DNA from: Candidatus Eiseniibacteriota bacterium
GTDB lineage: Bacteria; Eisenbacteria; RBG-16-71-46; CAVPCR01
Direction of reading: 5' to 3'
Assembly (NCBI GenBank): GCA_963823555.1
Contig: CAWGMA010000001.1
Span: 1,824,001 to 1,888,000, forward strand
DNA length: 64,000 bases
The notes under the pieces were generated by a model. It worked only from the letters and a program-made list of their open reading frames with translations, did no database searches and was not told the DNA's origin. The translations under genes and the position numbers were made by a program. Of the stretch, positions 19,734-28,622 are shown one piece after another (position 1 is the first letter of the stretch; each line of letters opens with the position of its first letter).

Positions 19734-20420
19734 TCAGCTGGGCTGTCTCGCCGCAGCACCGGCGCTCGCCGGCTCGCTGGCAGTCGCATCCTCGCGTTCG
19801 AGGAGCAGGATCCAGGTCTCGGAGAAGAAGGGCAGCATGGCGAGAGCAAGGCGTACCCTGAGGCCGAGGGTGGCCAGCTCCTCGCGGGTCCGCGCCAGGG
19901 GCTCGCTGAACCACGGCCGGGCGGGGGCGCGGCGGAGGCGCCGGCGGAACCGGGTCCAGGGCGTCGAGTCATAGCAGGCCACCACCAGGTAGCGCCGGCT
20001 GACACGCGCCATCTCGGACAGCGCTTGCCGCCTCACCGGCGGCGGCAGGTGGGCGGTGAAGCGAAGCGAGACCACGAGGTCGAAATCGCGGTCGGAGAAC
20101 GGCAGGGCAGTGGCATCGGCGACGGTGACACGACTCGCATAGCCGCCCGCCTGGCGCAGCATCTCAGGCGAGAGATCGGCCCCGATGACGGTGGCGAACC
20201 GGGAGGCAAGGAGCCGGGCGAGTCGCCCGGTCCCCGCCGGCAGATCGAGGACGCGCCCACCGGCGGGGATGCCGGCGGTATCGATCGCATTCGCGATGAG
20301 TTCCTGCTCGCGGCGATCGACCAGTCGTCCACGCCATGAGCGGAATCGCCGCGCATTATAGCTCTGCGCTTCAGCGGGATCGCGGTAGCGATCACGGGCG
20401 GGATAGACCGCCTTGCTCAT
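19734..20420 (-). CDS. Class I SAM-dependent methyltransferase
   Basis: VLDLPAGTG, GADLS, DATALPF...FDLV. Confidence 0.88.
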   Translation of the reverse strand: MSKAVYPARDRYRDPAEAQSYNARRFRSWRGRLVDRREQELIANAIDTAGIPAGGRVLDLPAGTGRLARLLASRFATVIGADLSPEMLRQAGGYASRVTVADATALPFSDRDFDLVVSLRFTAHLPPPVRRQALSEMARVSRRYLVVACYDSTPWTRFRRRLRRAPARPWFSEPLARTREELATLGLRVRLALAMLPFFSETWILLLEREDATASEPASAGAAARQPS

Positions 20421-21664
20421 CTTGAGCTCCCCACTCCGCTGCGCCGTCGGCGAACCGATGCGGCGAAGAAATCGATGTAGGCATCGGTGATGGTATCGAA
20501 ACCGAAGCGCCGGGCCGCCTGCTCCGCGGCGCGCGCACCCAGCGAACGGAACCGGGCCCGGTCCTCGAGCACGGAGAGAAGGGGTCCTTCCAGCGCGGCG
20601 GTGGTGGGCGCGACCAGACCGGATTCACCGTCGGCGATCACCTCGTCGACGGCCAGTGCCGACGTGGTCGCGACCGGGGTGCCGAGCGCCATGGCCTCGA
20701 TCCAGGTCAGGGGTGGAGCCACCGTGGACGTCGTGCGCACGACCGGGGAGACCAGACAGTCGGCTCGCGCCAGGAGCGCGAGGAAGTCGGCGCAGCTCTT
20801 CTCGGCATGGATGCGCTCCGCGGAGAGGGCGCGGAACTCGTCACGCCAGGATTCCGGCTTGAAGACGAACGCAAAGTGGAGGTCGGGGACCTTGGCGACC
20901 AGGGCCCGGGCGAGCACGGCGGTTTCCTGCAGGGACTCCTCGGCCACTTGCTGCAGGAAACCGGTCCACACCAGGAGCGGCGCACCGGGCGGCATCCCGT
21001 ACGGTAGCGCCGCGGCCTCGCGGCGAGCATCGCTCACGGCGAATCCGGGCGCCGGCCCCCAGCGCAGGGTGGCGAGCGTCTCCTCACGGACCCCGATCTC
21101 GGCCAGGATTCCCCGGTAGGCATCGGTGAGACAGGCCACGCCATCGAGGCCGCGGAAGCTCGAACCGAGATACCGGCGATAGATGCCGGCGCGTGGATCG
21201 TAGCGCAGCGCGGTCGCGGTCACGGCGGTCACCCGCAGCTGGCGTCTGATCCAGGGCATGGCTGGACCGAAGTTGTCGATGAAGTGGAGGACATCGAACC
21301 CCTCATCGCGCATCAACCCGGCCAGCCGACGGCGCAGTGCCGCGACGGTCAGCTGTCGCTCGATGGACTCGCGCAGCGGGCCATGGAGATGATGGTACGA
21401 CCAGGTACCTCCGGCCTGGTGAAAGTAGCGGTCGGGATTGCCGCGGCAGAAGGGACGCCGGACGTTCCAGATCCGCACCGGACCGCCGGGGGTCTCCTGA
21501 ATCGCTTCTCCGATCGGTCCGTCGTTCACCGAGAGCACAGCGAGATCATCGAGTCGGCCGCGGAGACCGCTGACCAGATCGACAAAGAAGTTCTTGTCGC
21601 CGGCCGTGCGCCGGGGAAAGTAACCGAGGCCGAGCATGAGCACCTTCGGACCGCGCCCCTTCAC
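20417..21664 (-). CDS. Glycosyltransferase family 4 (divergent)
   Basis: GT-B C-terminal IEAMALGTPVATT...EVIADGESG. Confidence 0.78.
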   Translation of the reverse strand: MKGRGPKVLMLGLGYFPRRTAGDKNFFVDLVSGLRGRLDDLAVLSVNDGPIGEAIQETPGGPVRIWNVRRPFCRGNPDRYFHQAGGTWSYHHLHGPLRESIERQLTVAALRRRLAGLMRDEGFDVLHFIDNFGPAMPWIRRQLRVTAVTATALRYDPRAGIYRRYLGSSFRGLDGVACLTDAYRGILAEIGVREETLATLRWGPAPGFAVSDARREAAALPYGMPPGAPLLVWTGFLQQVAEESLQETAVLARALVAKVPDLHFAFVFKPESWRDEFRALSAERIHAEKSCADFLALLARADCLVSPVVRTTSTVAPPLTWIEAMALGTPVATTSALAVDEVIADGESGLVAPTTAALEGPLLSVLEDRARFRSLGARAAEQAARRFGFDTITDAYIDFFAASVRRRRSGVGSSR

Positions 21665-22935
21665 CGCTCCTCCCTGGGGACGACGCCGGCCTTCCGGCGC
21701 GCGGAGCCGGCCAGGAGAGCGGTGACCTGCGCGGCGACTCGATCCCAGGTGTACTCCCTGAGCACCCGCTCCCGGTACCGCGCACCGAGTTCTCGCCGGC
21801 GTGCGTCGTCGGCGACCAGGGCCAGTACCGCAGCCGCCAGCGCCGATGCATCCTCGTCCCGAACCAGGATGCCCTCATGACCATCGGCCATGACTTCCTC
21901 GACGGCCGTCACCCGCGGCGCCACGATCGCCAGCCCCGCCGCGCCATACTCGAATAGCTTGATCGGAGAGGAATACCAGGGAGAGCCGGCCAGCAAACCG
22001 ATGTCAAGAGCAGCGACATGGGCCGGAACGGCGTCCGGCGCCACGCCGCCGGTCAAGGTCACGCGGGAGTCGAGATCGTGCTCGGCGATGAATCGCTTGA
22101 CGTCGGGCATCAGCTGGCCATCACCGACGAGAACGACGTGCGCGCGGCGGGTGGCTGCAGCCACCTGCGCACAGGCCGCCATCAACGCCGGCATGCCGCG
22201 CCAGAAAGCAAAGCGGCCGATGTAGCCCACAGCGACCTGATCGGGAGCCACACCCAGCCGCCGCCGCAGCTCGGCCCGGGCCTCAGGTTCCACAGCGAAC
22301 ACCTCTGGCCGCACGGCGTTCGGGATCACGGAGATACGCGCCGGATCGGCTCCGCGCTCGGCAAGATAGGACTTGAGGGGTGATGTGACGCATACCATCT
22401 GATCGGCCAGCCGCATCTTCTCTTGCTCGCGGCGAACACCGATCCTGAACAGCGGGTAGCCATGGTGGTCGCGCCGCTCTTCGATCGGCGCGTTCACCTC
22501 GAGGACATGGGGCAATCCCCGCGCCGCAGCCAGGCGGACTCCCGACAGCTGCATGAACGCCGAGCGCTCGTAGATGGCGTCCACGCCGGCTTCGCTCACC
22601 AGGCGTTCGAGCCGTCCGTAAACCCTCGCGTCACCAACCAGCTCGCTCACGTCCCGCGCGAGATGGCGCACCGGCCGCGGCAACGCGGCACCGATCGGCC
22701 CACCGCGCCGCTTCCGGGTCGCCCCTCCGCCCCCGGCTCCCGGTCGCCGGCCGGGGTCGACCCCGGCCGCCTCTCGCGCAACGACCCCGCCGCTTCCCGC
22801 GATGTATCGGATGACCTCATGCCCCGCATTCTCGAGCGCGGACGCGACCTCGCGCATGTGCGTTCCGTAGCCCAGAGGGTCGTTGATACCCATCTGTGGA
22901 GCGAGCGAGAGGTAGAGGAGTTTCATGCCGAGCAT
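21661..22935 (-). CDS. Glycosyltransferase family 4
   Basis: IYER, LEVNAP, VIPNAV, SPIKLFEYGAAG. Confidence 0.88.
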   Translation of the reverse strand: MLGMKLLYLSLAPQMGINDPLGYGTHMREVASALENAGHEVIRYIAGSGGVVAREAAGVDPGRRPGAGGGGATRKRRGGPIGAALPRPVRHLARDVSELVGDARVYGRLERLVSEAGVDAIYERSAFMQLSGVRLAAARGLPHVLEVNAPIEERRDHHGYPLFRIGVRREQEKMRLADQMVCVTSPLKSYLAERGADPARISVIPNAVRPEVFAVEPEARAELRRRLGVAPDQVAVGYIGRFAFWRGMPALMAACAQVAAATRRAHVVLVGDGQLMPDVKRFIAEHDLDSRVTLTGGVAPDAVPAHVAALDIGLLAGSPWYSSPIKLFEYGAAGLAIVAPRVTAVEEVMADGHEGILVRDEDASALAAAVLALVADDARRRELGARYRERVLREYTWDRVAAQVTALLAGSARRKAGVVPREER

Positions 22936-23017
22936 CGCCTTCTCGAGACCGTCACGACCGACCGGCCTCCGGGTAGCTCGCGATCATGCGGGTTGAAGCG
23001 GGGCGGCTCCAGCGTAC

Positions 23018-24334
23018 TTACCAGCTGATTCCGATGTAGCGCTCGGCGGGCAGGCGACCGTTGGGCACGATCCGCACCAGGTCGATCACGATCTGGTCCG
23101 CGCGCAGGTGTTCGACCACCTCGCGATGGGCCGCCGACGCGGTGGCGACCACCACCACCTCCGAGTCATCGACCACATCGCGCATGGTCGGTTTCAGAAT
23201 GTCCGAGAGGTAGGGAATGTAGCTCTCCAGGTACTCCCGGTTGGCGCCGACCATGCGCGCGATGTCGATGTTCTCGTCGTGTACCTTGACCTGCATGCCG
23301 CGCCCGACCAGGGCCTCGACGACCTTGACGATCGGGCTCTCGCGGATGTCATCCGTGCCCGCCTTGAACGTGAGTCCGAGCACGCCGATCTTCTTCTTGC
23401 GCGTGCGCTCGATGAGCTTGAGCGCCGTTTCCACCTGCTGCTGATTCGATTCGAGCACCGAGGAGAGGAGTGGCGTCGTCACGTTCTGGCTTCGCGCGTA
23501 ACTGGTGAGTGCGCGCAGATCCTTGGGCAGACAGGAACCCCCGAAGGCAAATCCCGGCTTCAGATAGACCGGCGAGATGTTGAGCTTGGTATCGAGGCAG
23601 AAGAGATCCATGACCTCGTGACTGTCGATACCGACGCTCTTGCAGATGTTGCCCATCTCGTTGGCGAAGGCGACCTTGAGGGCATGGAAGGAGTTGTTGA
23701 CGTACTTGAGCATCTCGGCCGCGCCGAACGGAGTCGTCACCACGGGCGCCTCGATGCCGGCGTAGAGGTCTTTCACCACCTGCGCCGCCTGTTCATCGGT
23801 GGCGGCAATGACCGTGTAGGGTGGGCTCTCGAAATCCGAGAGAGCGCTCCCTTCCCGCAAGAACTCGGGGTTGTAGGCCACACCGAATCCGGCGCCCGGC
23901 CGGCGGCCCGAACCGCGCTCGAGCGCCGGAATGAACTCGCCCTCCATGGTGCCGGGTAGCACCGTGGAGCGGAGGACCACCACGTGGTAGCGGTCTTGAG
24001 CGCGCAGCGCCGCGGCGATCGAGGCGGCAATGCGTCGCACATAGGAGAGATCGAGGAAGCCCGCATCGGTCGACGGAGTGCCGACGCAGATCAGGGAGAC
24101 GTCGCTCTCGGCGACGGCACGCGCGGAATCGGTGGAAGCCGTCAGCCGGCCCGCTCGTCGCATCTCGGCAATGAGCTCCGGCAGCCCGCGCTCGACGATG
24201 GGGCTATGGCCGGCGTTGAGAGCGTCCACCTTGTGCTGGTTGACGTCGACGCCGACCACGTGATGACCCAGGCGCGCCAGGCAGCCGGCACTGACGCAAC
24301 CTACGTATCCGAGGCCGAATATTGCGATGCGCAC
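23018..24334 (-). CDS. Nucleotide-sugar 6-dehydrogenase, GDP-mannose dehydrogenase (AlgD)-like
   Basis: IFGLGYVG, CVGTPS, NPEFLREG, KLNISPVYLKPGFAFGGSCLPKD; GTG start after a purine-rich RBS. Confidence 0.9.
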   Translation of the reverse strand: MRIAIFGLGYVGCVSAGCLARLGHHVVGVDVNQHKVDALNAGHSPIVERGLPELIAEMRRAGRLTASTDSARAVAESDVSLICVGTPSTDAGFLDLSYVRRIAASIAAALRAQDRYHVVVLRSTVLPGTMEGEFIPALERGSGRRPGAGFGVAYNPEFLREGSALSDFESPPYTVIAATDEQAAQVVKDLYAGIEAPVVTTPFGAAEMLKYVNNSFHALKVAFANEMGNICKSVGIDSHEVMDLFCLDTKLNISPVYLKPGFAFGGSCLPKDLRALTSYARSQNVTTPLLSSVLESNQQQVETALKLIERTRKKKIGVLGLTFKAGTDDIRESPIVKVVEALVGRGMQVKVHDENIDIARMVGANREYLESYIPYLSDILKPTMRDVVDDSEVVVVATASAAHREVVEHLRADQIVIDLVRIVPNGRLPAERYIGISW

Positions 24335-24531
24335 GTGTTCCCTTTCCCTCATCGTGGGCCGCAACGCCGCCCACCGGCGAAGCCCCTCGCGGGAATCGGC
24401 TCCCGGCTGGAAGACGGGCGGCGCGCCCGGAACCGCGGGCCTCCCCTCGACCTATCGGCCACCGGCTGGGCCTTCCCCTGCCCGCCGCTTTATAGCACAG
24501 GCCCCGACCCCCTTCAGCGCTCACCCCTGCG

Positions 24532-27006
24532 TCATGCCGAGTCCCCACCCAGATCCAGTTCGAGCCAATCCGCGGTCCCCGGGACGGTGAGCGGTCTCCC
24601 GTTGAGCCGCACGTCGCGGATCCCGGGCGCCAGGAGGCGAAGGTGCCTGCCGTGACCCTCCACGACCGCCTGGTCACCCAGCCGGCGGAAGCAGAAATCC
24701 GCCGCGCCGCTCTCGGATTCGGCGACGACCACGCCCCGCGCCGCGAACCGCCTCAGGCCACGTCCGACGCAGGCGGTCATTCCGGTGCCGTCGCTCCACC
24801 GCACGAGAGCCAGGTGGCCGTCGAGCCGGACCTCCCCGCTCAGCGGACCTCCTTCCACCATGCCCTGGCCGCCGCCCGTGGCCACCAGATCCTGACCGGG
24901 CATGCCCTGAACCGCGAGCAGGTGGCCCGCCGTCAGCGGGCGCACCAGGGCGCTGGCCGCGGGCTCGATCGCCCCGGCGCCGGCCCGCGGGCGCAGCAGC
25001 AGGTGCATCGCGCCGGGCAGTGGCATCGTGGCTGCGAGCCGAAGCACGGGGGCGGGCTCGAGCCGGCCGAAGGCGGGTGATGACCAGCCCTGAAGCGGGC
25101 GTTCGCTGCCATGGAACCAGTCCATTTCCGGTGTGGGCGTCGAGAGCACCGCGACCTCGAGCGTGACATCGTTTCCGGTCGCGGCCGACAGCACCGTTCC
25201 ACTTCGCCCCACGAAACGCATTCCCGGAGCGAAATGAAGAAACGATTCGACGAGATGCTCCCCGCTGCCGGCGAGCTCATCGATCAGCCAGAAGTAATCG
25301 GGCTTGATGAAGATGATGGTCCGGCGATGATGCACCGGAGATCGCAATCGCGCGTAACCATCATGCTCGCCGCTGACGAGATCGAGAGCCGGCCAGGTCG
25401 CCCAATCGACGAGGCGTCCGCGGGCCTTGTGCCCCCAGAGGAACGCGCCGCGCATCTCCGACTGCTCGCATGCGTCGATGCGGAGCGTCGAATGCGCCGC
25501 GGTCGAGCGGAAGTGATCCCGGTATTCGGGCTCGGCGTGGTAGGTGTAGGTGCCGGGATCGATGAGCAAGGGCTCGCCGAAGGCCCCGCAGGCGATGGCC
25601 AGGCAATCGGCGTGACCATGAGCGGCGGTCTCCAGGTAGCCGAGCTCGCCGGCATCGAAGAGAAGGCCCCGATCCCCGCTCGCATCACGCAGGAGAGCAT
25701 AGCCACTCTCGGCGTAGAGCCGCGAGACCGGGGCCGCGCGCTCCGCCATGAGCGCCGCGAACCTCCCGCGACCCTCTTCCCCCAGGAGGAAGGCAGCTGC
25801 CGGTGTGAGATCCCTGACCAGGGCCCGCCAGTCGGCGCGATGGAAGAGCACGGCACCCAGGGCCAGCAGCGTCCGGCGCGGCGTGGTCTCAAGCGCCAGG
25901 GGCAACACGGTCTGATCGTCGGAGTCACCGATCGCCGGGGCCCCTCCCGGGAAGGCCTCGGCCTCCGCCACGAAATCCAGCATCGCGGCGATTCGCTCGC
26001 GCGCCGCGGCCGGAGGTTCCTCCCCGTTCGCCTGCAACGCGAGCCAGGTCAGAAGGGCGAGCTCCAGCACAAACTCGTGGTAGTGGAGCGAAGCCTCCCG
26101 CGACACGCCGTCCTTCGCGGTCTGGCGCAGGATCTCAGTCCAGAGAATCTCGCGTCCGGTCTCGCGCCAGACCGCCGCGCGCCTGAGCCCGCTGAAACCA
26201 ATTCCGGCGTGGACGAGCCCCGCGGCTTGCGCGATCAGATGGTTATTGGCTGAGGAATGGCGCGACAGGCTGCCGAGGATATGCTCGGCCTGGAGATGCA
26301 CGGAGCGCGCCAGCGAGGGCCCGAGATCCGTCAAGGCAGCCGATCCACCGATCATCCGCACCCCACGCGACCAGGCTACGAGGCGGAGCGCCAGTTCGAG
26401 GGGGATCATCCACTGAATCCCGTGGTAGGGAGGGCATTGATCGATCCAGCTCCGGATCAGGGCACCGGTCCGCGCCGCAGTTCGCTCATCGCCGCCCAGG
26501 TAGTACGGGAGGGCCAGGGCGGCGAGGTTCAAGTGCCGGCCCTGATACCAGAGGCGGCGTATCCCTCCCTCCAGATCCGGATTCCGGTAGTCGATCCGGG
26601 ACCAGTGAACCAGCGGAAAGCGTCTGCCAGTCAGGGGATCGGCATTCCAGTCGGGAGTTCCTCCGCCTGGATCGTTCTGATCCAGCAGCGACGCCCCCTT
26701 CCCCATTCCGGCCTGGGCGGATCCGGTCCCCGCGCTCGCAGCCGCGAGCGCTCGGACCAGGTCCGCTCGCCCCGGCCCCTCCCAAGGGAGTAGGCGCATC
26801 GGCCTTTCCCCGAACAAGCGCGACTCGGAGTCCCGGGAAGCCGGCGCCACGTCGTGGTCAGCAACAGCGCCGGTTTCGATTCCCATGGAGACCGCCACGC
26901 GATGAGTTCGGACCGCGAAGGCCCGGTGGGCGCGCCAGCTCATTTCCTGAGGCGACATCGCCCGGGCCCGGTCCAGAGTCCATTTGAGTCGATGGAGCCG
27001 CGACAT
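24532..27006 (-). CDS. Heparinase II/III-family protein
   Basis: SANNHLIA, EASLHYH, AHGHAD, LIDPGTYTY, FRSTAAHST. Confidence 0.85.
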   Translation of the reverse strand: MSRLHRLKWTLDRARAMSPQEMSWRAHRAFAVRTHRVAVSMGIETGAVADHDVAPASRDSESRLFGERPMRLLPWEGPGRADLVRALAAASAGTGSAQAGMGKGASLLDQNDPGGGTPDWNADPLTGRRFPLVHWSRIDYRNPDLEGGIRRLWYQGRHLNLAALALPYYLGGDERTAARTGALIRSWIDQCPPYHGIQWMIPLELALRLVAWSRGVRMIGGSAALTDLGPSLARSVHLQAEHILGSLSRHSSANNHLIAQAAGLVHAGIGFSGLRRAAVWRETGREILWTEILRQTAKDGVSREASLHYHEFVLELALLTWLALQANGEEPPAAARERIAAMLDFVAEAEAFPGGAPAIGDSDDQTVLPLALETTPRRTLLALGAVLFHRADWRALVRDLTPAAAFLLGEEGRGRFAALMAERAAPVSRLYAESGYALLRDASGDRGLLFDAGELGYLETAAHGHADCLAIACGAFGEPLLIDPGTYTYHAEPEYRDHFRSTAAHSTLRIDACEQSEMRGAFLWGHKARGRLVDWATWPALDLVSGEHDGYARLRSPVHHRRTIIFIKPDYFWLIDELAGSGEHLVESFLHFAPGMRFVGRSGTVLSAATGNDVTLEVAVLSTPTPEMDWFHGSERPLQGWSSPAFGRLEPAPVLRLAATMPLPGAMHLLLRPRAGAGAIEPAASALVRPLTAGHLLAVQGMPGQDLVATGGGQGMVEGGPLSGEVRLDGHLALVRWSDGTGMTACVGRGLRRFAARGVVVAESESGAADFCFRRLGDQAVVEGHGRHLRLLAPGIRDVRLNGRPLTVPGTADWLELDLGGDSA

Positions 27007-27409
27007 GTCTCCGCCGTCGAAGTGCTTGGGTTTCTGCCGCCTCTCCACAAGGACGGGGTTCCCGGGCGAAGAGACGAGGCCGATGAGGCAAGCCGGACTG
27101 GCAGGCTGAGGGTCCGGTCACTTGGTGGGAGCTTACACGCCTCCGGGCCGCTTCCGGCGCGGGAACAGTGGCCGGACCGAGGCAGGTCGGTAAGGTCGAC
27201 CGGCATGAGCGTCCGGCTCGCGCTGGCCGCAGGGTCCGGGAGCCGACATCGCCATGATCGGCCGGTCGGGGTCCGGCCGATCCAGGGCTCACCTCAAGGA
27301 CCCGGCAGGTCGCGCGGCCCGCTGCGCGGAAGCGGCCCTCGATCTGTTTGCGGCCGTGAGACAGCGTGTGGCTTCGGGCTCGGCGCCGAAGCCACCGTCA
27401 GGCCTGGCG

Positions 27410-28138
27410 CTAGTAGGCACCCCGGCAGGAGAGAACAGCCGGGATGGTCCGCGCCAGAATGCGCATGTCGTTGGCGAACGAGCGGTTGTAGATGTACTCG
27501 AGATCCAGGCGAACCCACTCGTCGAAACTCAGGTCGGAGCGTCCGGAGACTTGCCACAGGCAAGTGAGCCCGGGCTTGACCGACAGCCGGCGCATTTGAC
27601 TCGGCGTGTACTGCTCGACCTCCTCGGGGATGGGGGGGCGCGGACCGACGATCGACATATCACCGCGCAACACGTTCCACAGCTGCGGCAGCTCGTCGAT
27701 CGACGTGCGCCGAATGAAGCGACCCACTCGGGTCATACGGGGATCGTTGGCCAGCTTGAAAACCGGCCCATCCACTTCGTTCAGATGCAGAAGGGTGGTT
27801 CTGAGGCTGTGCGCGTTCTCACGCATCGACCGCAGCTTGTAGAACGTGAAGGGCTCGCCGCCGAGACCGCAACGTGTCGAACGGAAGAGAACGGTGCCCC
27901 GCGAGTCCATCTTGATGGCAAGGGCGATGATGGCAAGGACCGGGAGGCAGATGAAGAGCAGAATGGAGGCGATGATCACATCGAGCCAACGCTTGCCCGC
28001 TTTCTCATAGAAGGAAGCTTCGGAACGGGCACCGGCATCGAGGATCGAGGAGTCGATGGTGAAGGGAACGGCTTCCTCACCAGGAAGGGTTGCAAGGCGG
28101 TGTTCGGCGATGGCGGTCAGCTGGTTGGGAGGATTCAT
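27410..28138 (-). CDS. Priming glycosyl-1-phosphate transferase (Bac_transf)
   Basis: KRWLD, YKLRSM, DPRMTRVGRFIRRTSIDELPQL, GPRP, KPGLTCLWQVSGR. Confidence 0.95.
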   Translation of the reverse strand: MNPPNQLTAIAEHRLATLPGEEAVPFTIDSSILDAGARSEASFYEKAGKRWLDVIIASILLFICLPVLAIIALAIKMDSRGTVLFRSTRCGLGGEPFTFYKLRSMRENAHSLRTTLLHLNEVDGPVFKLANDPRMTRVGRFIRRTSIDELPQLWNVLRGDMSIVGPRPPIPEEVEQYTPSQMRRLSVKPGLTCLWQVSGRSDLSFDEWVRLDLEYIYNRSFANDMRILARTIPAVLSCRGAY

Positions 28139-28545
28139 GTCAAGCCACCCGCTGCTCCATGGATGCTAGGCCAAAGGCCAGTTTCCCGGCCCGGTGGACG
28201 AACCCGCGCCAGCTGTTCCATTTCGGAGCAACTCCGACGCGTTTCTGGCTTGAGCGGTGGGAGTCCGGAGTCGATCGACCCGGTGGGCGAGAACCTGGCC
28301 GCCGCACCCAGCGAGGCAAGGCTCATTGGGGGCACGACGATCGTGTGAGGGGGACCGCCACGAGTTGCGAGGCGGCACTGCTCAACCGGCTCTCAGCCTA
28401 GACCATCCGCTGCGGCCAGAAATCGCGCCTTTGGTGCTCCGCCAGCGACTGCTACGATGGACAAACTGACTGCGAGTCTGGCTTTAACAAGTGTCCGCTA
28501 GGAGTCCTTCTGAGCATGACCGCCACTTGCGATGCACAGATGACG
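28139..28545 (-). ncRNA. Candidate structured ~400 nt 5' leader RNA of the polysaccharide operon
   Basis: Nested complementary segments between 28201-28260 and 28403-28478, with G-U pairs that work only on the minus strand; GAAA-tetraloop hairpin at 28176-28191. Confidence 0.5.
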
Positions 28546-28551
28546 AGTTGG

Positions 28552-28580
28552 ACTATAACAAGCGCCCCCTCCCAAGTCAA
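28552..28580 (-). promoter_or_regulatory. Near-consensus sigma70 promoter with extended -10
   Basis: TTGACT-17 nt-TATAGT with TG at -15/-14. Confidence 0.8.
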
Positions 28581-28622
28581 TGGACTTTTGAGGATTAGCC
28601 ATTCCTGGAGCTCCTGGCCCCG

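Noticed and set aside
28135..28469. Short ORFs (66-103 aa) in the leader region
   Set aside because: No convincing RBS or protein-like features; a leader peptide cannot be fully excluded
28139..28545. Identity as SRP RNA, RNase P RNA, tmRNA, c-di-GMP riboswitch or JUMPstart
   Set aside because: Hallmark motifs not found by eye; 6S RNA was not formally excluded
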